Shown piece after piece: positions 10,815 through 20,930 of a DNA stretch of 50,836 nt; position 1 is the stretch's first letter, and each line of letters starts with the position of its first letter. The notes beneath the pieces were generated by a model. The model did no database searches and had not been told where the DNA came from. It saw only the letters and a program-made list of their open reading frames with translations. The DNA is from a bacterium (GTDB lineage: Bacteria; Patescibacteriota; Patescibacteriia; JBDRHN01), in NCBI GenBank assembly GCA_043816765.1, contig JBDRHN010000058.1, positions 1-50,836 of the forward strand, written 5' to 3'. The position numbers were made by a program, and so were the translations under genes.

Positions 10815-13597
10815 TTGCATTCTCCCCAACTATCTCCTATCTTTACTTCAACTTTTATCGGGGCTGTGAATTTGTCTTTTGTTTTTTGGTTGTGCGAGAG
10901 GTGAACATTTTCCATTATGTCTTTAACCTTTTTTGCAACGTCATCAGCTATACTCTCTTTTACTTCTAAAACTAATTCGTCGTGCACCTGAAGTGTTAAT
11001 TTGACATCATTATTATTAATCTCTTTAATCATTTTGTAGACGGCTATCATCGCGATTTTCATCAAGTCGGCGGCTGTGCCTTGGATGGGCATATTGATTG
11101 CCATACGTTCGGCCGCGTTGCGGACGACGGCTACTTGGGAATTTATTTCAGGCAAATAGCGCCGTCTGCCAAAAAATGTTTCCACATAGCCATTCTCTCT
11201 CGCGTTTGTTTTTAGGTCGTCCAAATATTTTTTAATATCGCTGTAAATAGAAAAATATTTATCAATAAATTCTCTCGCTTTTCGGACTTCAATTCCTGTT
11301 CGAAGCGAAAGTCCATACGCCCCCATTCCATAAATCACGCCAAAATTTACCTCTTTGGCGGCCGAGCGCATTTCTTTTGTGACATATTCTAAATCAACTT
11401 CGTTGATTACCGCCGCGGTGGCTGTGTGAATATCTTTTCCGTCGGCAAATGCTTTTAGCATTTTTTGATCGTTTGCAAGCGATGCTATTATTCTTAATTC
11501 AATTTGCGAATAATCAGCGGAAATCAGCTTGCATCCTTTTTCGGCGATAAATGCGTGGCGAATTTTTTCGCCCAATTCCGTTCTGATTGGAATATTCTGC
11601 AAGTTTGGATTGGACGAAGAAAGCCGACCGGTTGCCGTAACTGTTTGATTAAAACTGGTATGCACTCGTCCTGTTTTTTTAGAAATTAAATTGGGCAGAA
11701 CGTCAACATAAGTTGAATTCAGCTTTGCGAGTTCGCGATGCTGTGAAATTAAATCAATGATGGGGTGTAAATCTTTCATCTTTTCCAACTCTCCGGCGGC
11801 TGTGGAAATTCCTGTTTTCGTCTTGCTTAAGCCAAGAGTGGAAATTTTTAATTTGTTAAATAAAACATCTTTTAACTGTATTGGAGAGTTTATATTAAAA
11901 TCAACGCTTGCGTATTTATAGATTTGCCTGTCTGTGTTTTTCAACCTTTCATCAATTTCTTTAGATAATTTATCTAATAATTTAACGTCAATCTTAACGC
12001 CGTCAAGTTCCATTTCAGCTAAAACAATTACTAACGGCATTTCAATTTTATAAAACAATTCTTCAAGATCGCTTTCTTTAATTTGTTGAACAAATTTTTT
12101 ATACAGCCTAAAAGTATAATCAACATCCTCGCACGCGTATTGCGATAATCTCTCCGGAGCTATTTTATCCATCGGAAGATAAGATGATTTTTTGACAATT
12201 TTATATTCTGAGGTCAAATTTCCTAAAACTTGCTCTGTTGTAATTTTCTGGTGTCCGAATTCACTGAAAGAGAGAGCATCCAAACCGGACGGTCTTCCGG
12301 GGTTTATAACATAAGACGCTATCATTGTGTCAAAATATATGCCTTTGACTTCAATTCCGTTTGCCTTCAGCATTGAATAATCATATTTAATGTTATGCCC
12401 GATTTTTTTAATATTTTGATCTTGCAAGATATTTTTTAACTTATCTGTCACCATTCCAAATTCCAAATAATACGCTCCCCCTTCTTCAAAACAAAAACTC
12501 AATCCGACTATTTTAGCTTCCCGCGGATTCAATCCGGTTGTCTCGCTGTCAAGGATTATCTCTTTTTGTTTTTCTAAAATTTTTAAAAAATCATTGTATT
12601 CTTTTTCTGATTTGATTAAGTGGTATTTTTCGTTCATCTTTGTCGCAGAGACGCATTGCAATGCGTCTCTACCGTTGCCAACATCAAACAATGAAGGCTG
12701 GGCGGTTGCCATCAATTCGGGAGGAATCTTGTTCATTAATGATTGAAATTCCAAACTTTGAAATAGCGCGACAATATTATCTTTGTTTGCGAGTCTCACT
12801 TTGGCGTCTTCCAGATTAAATTCAACCGGAACATCAAGCAAGATCGTGGCGAGCTTTTTACTTAAAAAAGCATCATCTTTGCGTTCTTTAAGTTTAGCGC
12901 GCACGGAATCTTTTATTTTTTCTGAATCTATGTTTTCGTATAAATTTTCAATATTTTCAAATTCTGTCAATAAATCAATCGCGCCCTTTTCCCCGATTCC
13001 TTTTACGCCAGGAATATTGTCGCTCGGATCTCCCCGCAACGCTTTAAAATCAATCAACTGGTCAGGGGCGAGTCCTCCAAATCTTTCTTTTGCCGTTTTT
13101 TCGTCATAAATAATTGTATCGTTAATCCCCTTTTTTAAAGTAAAAACTTTTGTTGTATCGTTTACTAATTGCAATGTGTCCAAATCTCCGGTAACTATAA
13201 TTGTTTCAAGGTCGCTTGCATTGGATTTTATTTGGGTTGCGATTGTCCCAATGACGTCATCGGCCTCAAATCCGTCTTTTTCATAAATAGGAATCCCAAA
13301 AACTTCTACGACTTTTTTACAAAGCGATAATTGGTCATAAAGTTCTTGGGGCTGTTTTTTTCTTTGGGCTTTGTATTCTTTATATTCCTTGTGCCTAAAA
13401 GTTGGGGTAGCTTTATCAAAGGTTAGAACCCAGTAATTTGGTTTTAGGTCTTTAAAAACTCTCAATAAAATAGAGGTAAAACCATATACGGCGTTGACCA
13501 TCTGTCCGTCTTTTGTGGTTAAGGTCGGGGGTATGGCGTGAAAAGCGCGATGGAGTAAGGCGTTTCCGTCAATAACTATGATTTTTTGTTTTTTCAT
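10811..13597 (-). CDS. polA: DNA polymerase I
   Basis: 5'-3' exonuclease (IDGNALLHRAFHA, GDPSDNIPGV), DSET, ADYSQIELR, QVHDEL; ATG at 13597. Confidence 0.98.
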   Translation of the reverse strand: MKKQKIIVIDGNALLHRAFHAIPPTLTTKDGQMVNAVYGFTSILLRVFKDLKPNYWVLTFDKATPTFRHKEYKEYKAQRKKQPQELYDQLSLCKKVVEVFGIPIYEKDGFEADDVIGTIATQIKSNASDLETIIVTGDLDTLQLVNDTTKVFTLKKGINDTIIYDEKTAKERFGGLAPDQLIDFKALRGDPSDNIPGVKGIGEKGAIDLLTEFENIENLYENIDSEKIKDSVRAKLKERKDDAFLSKKLATILLDVPVEFNLEDAKVRLANKDNIVALFQSLEFQSLMNKIPPELMATAQPSLFDVGNGRDALQCVSATKMNEKYHLIKSEKEYNDFLKILEKQKEIILDSETTGLNPREAKIVGLSFCFEEGGAYYLEFGMVTDKLKNILQDQNIKKIGHNIKYDYSMLKANGIEVKGIYFDTMIASYVINPGRPSGLDALSFSEFGHQKITTEQVLGNLTSEYKIVKKSSYLPMDKIAPERLSQYACEDVDYTFRLYKKFVQQIKESDLEELFYKIEMPLVIVLAEMELDGVKIDVKLLDKLSKEIDERLKNTDRQIYKYASVDFNINSPIQLKDVLFNKLKISTLGLSKTKTGISTAAGELEKMKDLHPIIDLISQHRELAKLNSTYVDVLPNLISKKTGRVHTSFNQTVTATGRLSSSNPNLQNIPIRTELGEKIRHAFIAEKGCKLISADYSQIELRIIASLANDQKMLKAFADGKDIHTATAAVINEVDLEYVTKEMRSAAKEVNFGVIYGMGAYGLSLRTGIEVRKAREFIDKYFSIYSDIKKYLDDLKTNARENGYVETFFGRRRYLPEINSQVAVVRNAAERMAINMPIQGTAADLMKIAMIAVYKMIKEINNNDVKLTLQVHDELVLEVKESIADDVAKKVKDIMENVHLSHNQKTKDKFTAPIKVEVKIGDSWGECK
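12645..12672. repeat. GTAG-type palindrome (family C) in frame in the polA linker (GRDALQCVSA)
   Basis: gcAGAGACGCATTGCAATGCGTCTCTac. Confidence 0.9.
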
Positions 13598-13673
13598 AAA
13601 CTTTAAACTAAGTTTGTTTAGCGACGTCAACTATATAGTAGTAGTTTTTAGATAAAATATCAAATTATAGTTT

Positions 13674-13700
13674 TTGACAAAATGAATTAAATGCTATAAT
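13674..13700 (+). promoter_or_regulatory. Sigma70-type promoter for the bactofilin operon
   Basis: TTGACA-N15-TATAAT with extended -10 TG; spacer is short. Confidence 0.6.
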
Positions 13701-13736
13701 ATGTTTATAGTCAATTATAAATAATTATTTAAAATT

Positions 13737-14138
13737 ATGTTTCAAAAAAATGAAAATGGAGGGGATGCAATGGATACGGTTATAGGATCTTCAATTAAGG
13801 TGGAGGGAAGCTTTGTCGGGCAGGGAAACATTATTGTAGAGGGCGAAGTAAAAGGAAATTTAAAAACCTCGCAGAATCTTGAGGCAGGGTCAGAGTCAAA
13901 AATCACCGCAAACATAGAAGCCGCTAACGCTTTGATTGCCGGCGAGGTGGATGGCAAAATAAAAATAGAAGAGCACTTGGAGTTAACTGGCACAGCTAAA
14001 ATTAATGGCGATATTGAAGCGAACGTTTTAGTTGTCGCAAGCGGAGCTACTATTAATGGTTATTGTAAAATCGGGGCGGGAGAACAGGAGTCTGTAAAAG
14101 AAAGTTTGTTAAAAAAACAAGAAGAGGATGAAGAATAA
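13737..14138 (+). CDS. Bactofilin (polymer-forming cytoskeletal protein)
   Basis: DTVIG...I.G beta-helix repeats, GATING ending. Confidence 0.92.
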   Translation: MFQKNENGGDAMDTVIGSSIKVEGSFVGQGNIIVEGEVKGNLKTSQNLEAGSESKITANIEAANALIAGEVDGKIKIEEHLELTGTAKINGDIEANVLVVASGATINGYCKIGAGEQESVKESLLKKQEEDEE

Positions 14139-14178
14139 AAATTTCTAAACTTTAATTTTAACGTTATTAATTTTGATT

Positions 14179-14985
14179 ATGTATAGCTATATATACGATT
14201 CTTATTTGAGTGATAAAAAATATGAAAAAAGTTTAGTCAGACTGGAAAATATGGTAACCGATTTGGGAATTAACGGACCCATTCATAAACTTTCAATTTT
14301 AAAAAGCCTGCGCGAGATTGTTCAAGATGAAATAGCGGCGGGGGTAAATACAATAGTAACTGTCGGAAATGATAATACTATAACTCAAATTATTGACGTT
14401 ATAGCCAAAAAAAATATTACATTGGGAATTATCCCGATGGGACAGGAAAATAAAATCGCTTCCGCTTTGGGGATTACCTCTGATAACGCGATAGAGAGTT
14501 TGTCAAAAAGGGTTACTCAAAAAATTGATTTGGGAAAAGTAAATGATATTTATTTTCTATCATCGCTTCAAATAACGAATACAAACGCGATCATTCAAAG
14601 CAGCGGTTATAAAATTGAACCGCGTTTTAGCAGTTATAATATTGATATTTATAATTTTATTTTAACCGCAAACAATCAAAGCAAGGATCTGTCGCCGCAG
14701 GTGTTTAATCCTTTGGATGGAACGTTGGAGGCGGTTATATACAAAGGCGGAAAAGAATCTTTTGTCGGGAGATTATTTAAAAAACAAAAATTAGACATCA
14801 GCACTTTTTTGCCATTTAAAAAATTAAAAATAAAAAATCCATTCAGCGATGCTCCCAAAAAAGAGGGCGAAGAAGAAACAAAAGTCTTGGTTGATGAGCA
14901 AAAAATTATTAAATTGCCGCTTGAAATTGAGGTGGCGCCGAGTTGTTTGAAAGTGATTGTGGGGAAAGATAGGAATTTTGACTAA
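14179..14985 (+). CDS. Diacylglycerol-kinase-like family protein (degenerate motif)
   Basis: TVGNDNTI in place of GGDGT, LGIIPMG, IDLGKVN. Confidence 0.7.
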   Translation: MYSYIYDSYLSDKKYEKSLVRLENMVTDLGINGPIHKLSILKSLREIVQDEIAAGVNTIVTVGNDNTITQIIDVIAKKNITLGIIPMGQENKIASALGITSDNAIESLSKRVTQKIDLGKVNDIYFLSSLQITNTNAIIQSSGYKIEPRFSSYNIDIYNFILTANNQSKDLSPQVFNPLDGTLEAVIYKGGKESFVGRLFKKQKLDISTFLPFKKLKIKNPFSDAPKKEGEEETKVLVDEQKIIKLPLEIEVAPSCLKVIVGKDRNFD

Positions 14986-15062
14986 TTTAATTGCGCAGAA
15001 TAACGCCGAATTTACGCAGAAGAATAATTTATAATATAAAAAAAATAGTTAAAAAGCAAACA

Positions 15063-16472
15063 TTAATCATTTTCTCGTTTTTTGACTAATATCCCAATAA
15101 TAATCCCCAACAACATCAATCCAAAATAACTCGTCCAAAGATAATGATCAAACAATCCGAGGAATAAAATTAATAATAAAAAATAAATTATAAATTCTCG
15201 CGGAGGTTGAACCTCCATTTTGGAGGTTGAACCTCCATTTTTTATTATTAAAACTATTTTAAATAACAAATACAAAAACAATAAAAACCCAACCGCTCCC
15301 ATTTCCACAAAAAACAAAACAAAAACATTATGCACCGGCTGATAGACCCATGATGGCTGTCTTGATGAATCCAGCAAATCGTGAACGGCTAAAGTATAAT
15401 TCCCAGCGCCAACCCCAAGAATGAAATTTTTTTTAATTAACTCCAAAGAATCTTTGTAATAAGCAAGCCGCTCTGTTGTTGATTTGCTTTCCAGCCTTTG
15501 TTCCACTACACTGGTTCTGCTTAAAAACGGATCTTTAAAAACAAATACAATAAGAGTAGTTAAAAGCAAGCAATAAAATAAAAATAATTTTAAATTATTC
15601 TTAGCTATTTTATTGTGTTTTCTAAATACAGAATAACAACAAACCAGCATGACGATAAATAAGCTGATCCAAGCGGAGCGGGAAAAAGTTAGGAGCAGTC
15701 CTAGAAAAATAATTAAATTGGTCAAAACCAAAATAAGTTTTCCGTAAAGCTGTTTTTTGTTTTCTACTTTATGATTAATAATTAAATACAGTCCGACCAA
15801 AAATCCTAAAGCAAAAAATCCTGCTAATATATTCGGATGGGTAAAACTTCCGTATGCCCGCAACCAACGGCACCATTCTGTGCCGACAACGGAGACTCCC
15901 AGCTCAGATGGGTTTTGACTCGCTATGCCAAGCCATTTGTTTGCTGAAACGAATTGATTTGAAAATTGGTAAATTCCTAAGACAGCCTGAATAAATGCTG
16001 AGGCTAAAATTGCGTAAAATAACTTTTTGTAATCAAGTTTAATTTTTAGAATTAAATAGATTAATATTAATGCTTCAATGATGTGGAAAATAGAATAGAT
16101 AGTTAAAGTTTTATTTAATGACCAAAAAATAGAGGTTAAAAAGTATACGATAAATAAAATGATTGAGACGTAGATGCCCCGCGGGAGTCTCCTCGCAAGG
16201 GACTCCCGCGCTGGAGATTTATGCCCCGCGCTTTCCGCTCCGTCGCAGTCTCTCCGCAGAAGACTGCGACGATTTTTTAAAAATAATGACAACAAAAAAA
16301 TCGCCCACAATAAAATCTCCGTTCCAAAAAGCGACAACGTCCCATATTCCCACTGCCCGCCGTTTAGCTGACCGTATTGATATATCCAACGCGTTTGCCA
16401 TGGAAGCAAAAAAATGAATGAATAAAATATGTATTCAACGATTTTATTTAGATTAATATTTTTTATTTGCAT
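15063..16472 (-). CDS. O-antigen ligase (Wzy_C) family protein
   Basis: Multi-TM protein with RAYGSFTHPN, TFSRSAW, GVGAGNY, PVHN; carries palindromic inserts at two sites. Confidence 0.88.
   Translation of the reverse strand: MQIKNINLNKIVEYIFYSFIFLLPWQTRWIYQYGQLNGGQWEYGTLSLFGTEILLWAIFLLSLFLKNRRSLLRRDCDGAESAGHKSPARESLARRLPRGIYVSIILFIVYFLTSIFWSLNKTLTIYSIFHIIEALILIYLILKIKLDYKKLFYAILASAFIQAVLGIYQFSNQFVSANKWLGIASQNPSELGVSVVGTEWCRWLRAYGSFTHPNILAGFFALGFLVGLYLIINHKVENKKQLYGKLILVLTNLIIFLGLLLTFSRSAWISLFIVMLVCCYSVFRKHNKIAKNNLKLFLFYCLLLTTLIVFVFKDPFLSRTSVVEQRLESKSTTERLAYYKDSLELIKKNFILGVGAGNYTLAVHDLLDSSRQPSWVYQPVHNVFVLFFVEMGAVGFLLFLYLLFKIVLIIKNGGSTSKMEVQPPREFIIYFLLLILFLGLFDHYLWTSYFGLMLLGIIIGILVKKREND
15202..15241. 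repeat. Family-D element (tandem GGAGGTTGAACCTCCATTTT x2) in frame in the ligase
   Basis: 20-nt direct repeat of a mini-hairpin; encodes GGSTSKMEVQPP. Confidence 0.85.
16176..16271. repeat. Two family-A palindromes in frame in the ligase
   Basis: 16176-16216 (CGGG/CCCG arms) and 16237-16271 (TCGC/GCGA arms); GC-rich island in an AT-rich TM gene. Confidence 0.9.
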
Positions 16473-16500
16473 AACTTTTTATTAAATTTGTAATTTAAAA

Positions 16501-18648
16501 TTATTCTAGATGCACTCCCCTATTATACTCTTCCAACTTATTTTTCAACAAAGGATGCTTATCAATTTCTATAATTATACCTTGCGCTTCGTTTTTTGCC
16601 AACTTTATGATTTCCACATCAGAAAAGCTGGCGATTTTGAATTTGGGCATTCCTGATTGACGGATTCCGCAGATTTCTCCGGGACCGCGCAGTTTTAAAT
16701 CTTGTTCGGCGAGTTCAAAGCCGTCGTTGCAACTGGCAAGGCAATTTAGCCTTTCTTGTATTTTTTGACCGCTTAACTCTGTAAATAATAAACAATACGA
16801 TTGGCGGTTGCTTCTGCCGACTCTTCCGCGAAACTGATGAAGTTGCGCTAGCCCGAATCTTTCCGCGCCTTCAATCATCATTATGGTCGCGTTGGGAATA
16901 TCTATTCCCACTTCAATAACAGATGTAGAAACTAATATATTAATTTTATTATCTAAAAAATTCTGCATTACTTTTTCTTTTTCTTCTTTTTTCAGCCTTC
17001 CGTGAAGCAATCCAATTTTAAATTTTGGAAAAATTTTTTTGTTTAATTTTTCGTATTCAGAGCTTACTGATTTATATCCCAGTTTGTCTGACGGGTCAAT
17101 TAATGGACAAACGACAAAAATTTGTCTCCCCTGTTTTACCTTGTCGGAAATGAATTGATAAGCCTTTTCTCTGTTTTGCGCGCTTACAACTTTTGTTATT
17201 ACCGCTTTTCTGTCTTTTGGCATCTCTTTTATTGTTGATAAATCCAAATCGCCGTATAAAGCTAGTGATAATGATCGTGGTATCGGCGTTGCGGTCATTG
17301 ATAAAAAGTGAGGCATAGTTTTTTTGAGCCCGTCTTTTTTGTTGAGCGCGTGTCTTTGCTCTACGCCAAATCTGTGTTGTTCATCAATGATAGCTAAAGC
17401 TAAATTTTTAAAATTAACTTTTTCCTGAATTATGGCGTGAGTTCCAATGATAATATCTACTTCGCCGTTTCCAATCATTTTAATCAATTTTGCCTTCGTT
17501 AATTTTTCAATTTCCCCCCTTTCGCAAAGGGGGGCTGGGGGAATTTTCACGTCGCGCCCCCCTTCCGCGGAGAGGTTGGGGGAGGGTTCAACATTATTTG
17601 CCAAAAAATTATTTCTCGTCAGCAGGCAAATTCTAATATTATTGTTTTTAAAAAGCTCGCTTATTGATTTGAAATGCTGGCTCGCCAAAATCTCTGTCGG
17701 CGCCATAAAAACAGCTTGTCGTTTGTTTAAAAAAACACTTAGTAATGCCATCGCGGCAACAACGGTTTTTCCTGAACCAACATTTCCCTCAAGCAGTCTG
17801 TTCATCGGTTTATCTTTTTCTAAATCTTGCAAAATCTCCCAAGCCGCTTTTTTCTGGTCGTTTGTTAAAATAAAAAGGAGCGAGCCCACAAAATCTTTTG
17901 TTTCTTTTTCTTTAAATTTTATCGCTTGCGCTTTATTTTGTTCAATTTCAAGTTTAATAAACTGCGATTGCAGCTGAATAAAAAAATGTTCGTCAAATTT
18001 TAATCTTTTGCGCGCCAGTTCTAAAGATTGCTTGTCTTTTGGGAAATGAATTTGGCAAAGCGCGTCGGAAATATTAATTAAATTTAAATTATCTTTCATT
18101 TTGTCGGGTAGCCAGTCTTCAACCTCTTCGGTTAATTTTAATATTTGCTTAATTAAAAAACGAATCTGTTTTTGCGTAACATTGCTTGTTAGAGAATAAA
18201 CAGGAGCCAGCCTTGCTGTCGTGATTGTTTCGCTGTATCTGACTTTTTCGTATTCGGGAGAATTGAACTGCAGACCGTAATAATCAAAATCCACTTTTCC
18301 AGATAAATAGATTTCGTCTCCCGCTTTTAAATTTTTTATTAAAAACGGCTGATTAAACCAAACGGCTTTAATTGATCCTGTTGCGTCAGCTATCATCGCC
18401 TCAGTTACAATGGTGCGTTTGACTTTGCTTCTTTTGTTGTTTATCAATTCTATTTTACCTTTGATAGTTACAACTTCACCGCCGACCAGTTGCCCTATAT
18501 TTTTTAGTTGGCTGTAGTCGTCGTAGCGAAACGGAAAATGCCAAAGCAGATCTTCCGCTGTTTTGAGATCTAATTTTTTTAATCGGGACGTTATCGCTTT
18601 TCCGATTGGTCCGATTGCGTGAATTGGGGTGGTGAGGGATATGTGCAT
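16501..18648 (-). CDS. recG: ATP-dependent DNA helicase RecG
   Basis: MNRLLEGNVGSGKT, DEQHRFG, MTATPIPR, LHQFRGRVGR; ATG at 18648. Confidence 0.98.
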   Translation of the reverse strand: MHISLTTPIHAIGPIGKAITSRLKKLDLKTAEDLLWHFPFRYDDYSQLKNIGQLVGGEVVTIKGKIELINNKRSKVKRTIVTEAMIADATGSIKAVWFNQPFLIKNLKAGDEIYLSGKVDFDYYGLQFNSPEYEKVRYSETITTARLAPVYSLTSNVTQKQIRFLIKQILKLTEEVEDWLPDKMKDNLNLINISDALCQIHFPKDKQSLELARKRLKFDEHFFIQLQSQFIKLEIEQNKAQAIKFKEKETKDFVGSLLFILTNDQKKAAWEILQDLEKDKPMNRLLEGNVGSGKTVVAAMALLSVFLNKRQAVFMAPTEILASQHFKSISELFKNNNIRICLLTRNNFLANNVEPSPNLSAEGGRDVKIPPAPLCERGEIEKLTKAKLIKMIGNGEVDIIIGTHAIIQEKVNFKNLALAIIDEQHRFGVEQRHALNKKDGLKKTMPHFLSMTATPIPRSLSLALYGDLDLSTIKEMPKDRKAVITKVVSAQNREKAYQFISDKVKQGRQIFVVCPLIDPSDKLGYKSVSSEYEKLNKKIFPKFKIGLLHGRLKKEEKEKVMQNFLDNKINILVSTSVIEVGIDIPNATIMMIEGAERFGLAQLHQFRGRVGRSNRQSYCLLFTELSGQKIQERLNCLASCNDGFELAEQDLKLRGPGEICGIRQSGMPKFKIASFSDVEIIKLAKNEAQGIIIEIDKHPLLKNKLEEYNRGVHLE
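17513..17589. repeat. Family-B C/G-run palindromes in frame in recG (PSPNLSAEGGRDVKIPPAPLCERGE)
   Basis: Reverse complement of 17556-17589 nearly matches 9193-9225; second hairpin CCCCCCTTT-cgc-AAAGGGGGG. Confidence 0.85.
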
Positions 18649-18652
18649 AAAT

Positions 18653-20425
18653 TTAATCCATCCACTTCTCAATATGGCTTTTAGCATCAACTCGTTTTTT
18701 AATCTGCTCCCGCCTATCTCTGATCTGACTGCGGAGTTTAAACATCTGTAAATATTGTTTTAATAAAAACGGCTCAAAAAACAGGATGTAAACAAAAGAC
18801 TTAAACTCATACCATAAAGTTTTGAAATATACATTGGCTGAAAAATCGTTGCGCAATATTTTTTGCAAAATAATATGATGTCCCGACCACGACCACTCTT
18901 TTTGTTCTTTTCCGCGATTCCACCTGCCACCAACAATACTGATAATTCCATCCCCCTTTGAAAAAAGAGAACGTTTGTGATATGCGATCGCCGTTGGCGT
19001 GTAAATAGATTTGTATCCGGCGAGTTGCAGACGATAGGCAAGGTCAATGTCTTCTTTATACATAAACATCAATTCGTCAAAGTATTCTTTCTCTTTTTTT
19101 TCGTTAACAAAAGCTACATCATCCAATGCCGCTATTCTATATATTGCCGCGGCGGCTGAGGCTCCAAAAATTTCTTCCTCTTCATTGTATTGTCCGTGGT
19201 CAATTTCACCTTGTCCGCGGTCTGAAAATCTGTGTTCTTTTGTGATGACGAGTCCTGCTGAATCAATAAAATTTGTTTTGCCGTCTTTGTATTCAGACTG
19301 ATCATCAAAATTCCATCTTTTAATTTTTCCGGTGCTTGACGCTATTCTCGGGGATTTCATGATTGAATTGAGCAGTTCGGAAATAAAATTTTCTTCCAAA
19401 ACCATGTCAAAATTTAACGTCGCATAAAATTCGCAACTCTTGTTTGCCGCTTTTCTTATCGCCAAATTATGTCCGGCGGAAAAGCCGACATTTGAGCCGG
19501 GTCTGATTATTTTAACTTCTGGAAAATTATTTTTTAAATATTTTACATCTTCGTTTTCTTCCTCTTCATTATTATCAACCGCGTAGATTTCTAAATTTTT
19601 ATAATCCTGCGTTTTTAAACTCTGACAAAAATCTTTGAGGTATTTTTCGCTTTTGTGCAGAACAAAGCCGACTCCTACTTTTGGCGAATTTTTTCTTTCC
19701 AGTTTAAATTCTTCAACCGGTCTGTCTTTCATCATTAAATTATATGCCGCTGTGGCGAGGCTTTCGTGCGTGCCGGTGTCATACCACTCCCCTTTCATAA
19801 AAGAGGCTTTCATTGTTCCGTTTTTCAGATAAACGTTATTTAAGTCAGTGATTTCCAGCTCTCCTCTGTCTGACGGCTTTAATGTTTTGATGTATTCAAA
19901 AGCGCGGCTGTCATAGATATACGCGCCGATTACCGCCCAGTTTGATTTTGGCTCGGCCGGTTTTTCAACGATGTTGATTACTTTATCCCCTTCCACTTCA
20001 GCTATTCCAAATCTTTGCGGGTCGTTTACTTCTTTGCAAAATATCTGCGCACCGGATTTAAAATTTTGGACGTCTTCGTAAAAATTATTGTCTATAATAT
20101 TATCGGCAAAAATTACTAAAAAATTATCGTCGCCCACAAAATCTTCGGCGAGTCCGACGGCGTAAGCGAGTCCTCCCGCGTGGTCTTGAATTTTAAACGT
20201 AAAGCGAACATTAAAATCTTTTCCGGAACCTAAAAGTTTTGCAAAATCACCGGCATGGTCTTTACCGGGTAAAATTAAAATATCTTCAATGCCGGCTTTT
20301 ATCATGTTTTCAATCGCGTAATAAATCATCGGACGATCGTAAACAGGCAATAGATGTTTGTTTGTTACTTTTGTATTGGGAAACAGCCGTGTGCCTGCTC
20401 CACCAGCGAGAATTACACCCTTCAT
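18653..20425 (-). CDS. Glucose-1-phosphate thymidylyltransferase (RmlA-like) fused to a GT2 glycosyltransferase
   Basis: N-terminal LAGGAGTRL...KHLLPVYD, RGELEITD; C-terminal NVGFSAGHN, LNFD, FMYKEDIDLAYR. Confidence 0.9.
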   Translation of the reverse strand: MKGVILAGGAGTRLFPNTKVTNKHLLPVYDRPMIYYAIENMIKAGIEDILILPGKDHAGDFAKLLGSGKDFNVRFTFKIQDHAGGLAYAVGLAEDFVGDDNFLVIFADNIIDNNFYEDVQNFKSGAQIFCKEVNDPQRFGIAEVEGDKVINIVEKPAEPKSNWAVIGAYIYDSRAFEYIKTLKPSDRGELEITDLNNVYLKNGTMKASFMKGEWYDTGTHESLATAAYNLMMKDRPVEEFKLERKNSPKVGVGFVLHKSEKYLKDFCQSLKTQDYKNLEIYAVDNNEEEENEDVKYLKNNFPEVKIIRPGSNVGFSAGHNLAIRKAANKSCEFYATLNFDMVLEENFISELLNSIMKSPRIASSTGKIKRWNFDDQSEYKDGKTNFIDSAGLVITKEHRFSDRGQGEIDHGQYNEEEEIFGASAAAAIYRIAALDDVAFVNEKKEKEYFDELMFMYKEDIDLAYRLQLAGYKSIYTPTAIAYHKRSLFSKGDGIISIVGGRWNRGKEQKEWSWSGHHIILQKILRNDFSANVYFKTLWYEFKSFVYILFFEPFLLKQYLQMFKLRSQIRDRREQIKKRVDAKSHIEKWMD

Positions 20426-20552
20426 GGATTGGTATTTAGTATTTAGTATTTTGTATATTCAAAGTTGTCCCGCAGGACACTCGGAACCGTATTGCACTAA
20501 CAATATTGGATTAAATTCACGTTGTAAGTGCAATAACGAACCAGCGATGATT

Positions 20553-20868
20553 TTACTTCGTCCCCGTTGCTTTTGTCAATGCCTCTATCACTGTATAGCT
20601 GATGGCATAAGACGACAAAATGATAACCAATAACCAGCCCTATTGACGCGTCAACTATGATTTTTTTAGCTTTATTTACTTTTTCCTCGCTTCCCATCGC
20701 GGTCATATACATATATCCTCCGTAAATTATCAAAACCAAAAATATCACACCAAGAAAAGACAAGACGGATCCGATAATTGACCCGACTATGGCGCCAATG
20801 CTTTTTGGTTCGCTAAAGCCCGCGGCTTCGGCGAATCTTTGTAACATTTCTAGGATTGTGTCGTTCAT
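20553..20868 (-). pseudogene. CPR-type pilin (VirB2/TrbC-like), frameshifted by a 7-bp duplication
   Basis: IIYGGYMYMTAMGSEEKVNKAKKII..ASIGL; removing one TGGTTAT copy restores LVIILSSYAISYTVIEALTKATGTK* ending at 20553. Confidence 0.8.
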
Positions 20869-20930
20869 ATTTTTATTTAACTAATTAGCAATCAATAATT
20901 ACTAGTTACTGATTACTGTTTATTGATTAC

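Noticed and set aside
10650-10904. Short + strand ORFs between tgt and polA
   Set aside because: Composed of REP sequence and antisense to the polA end
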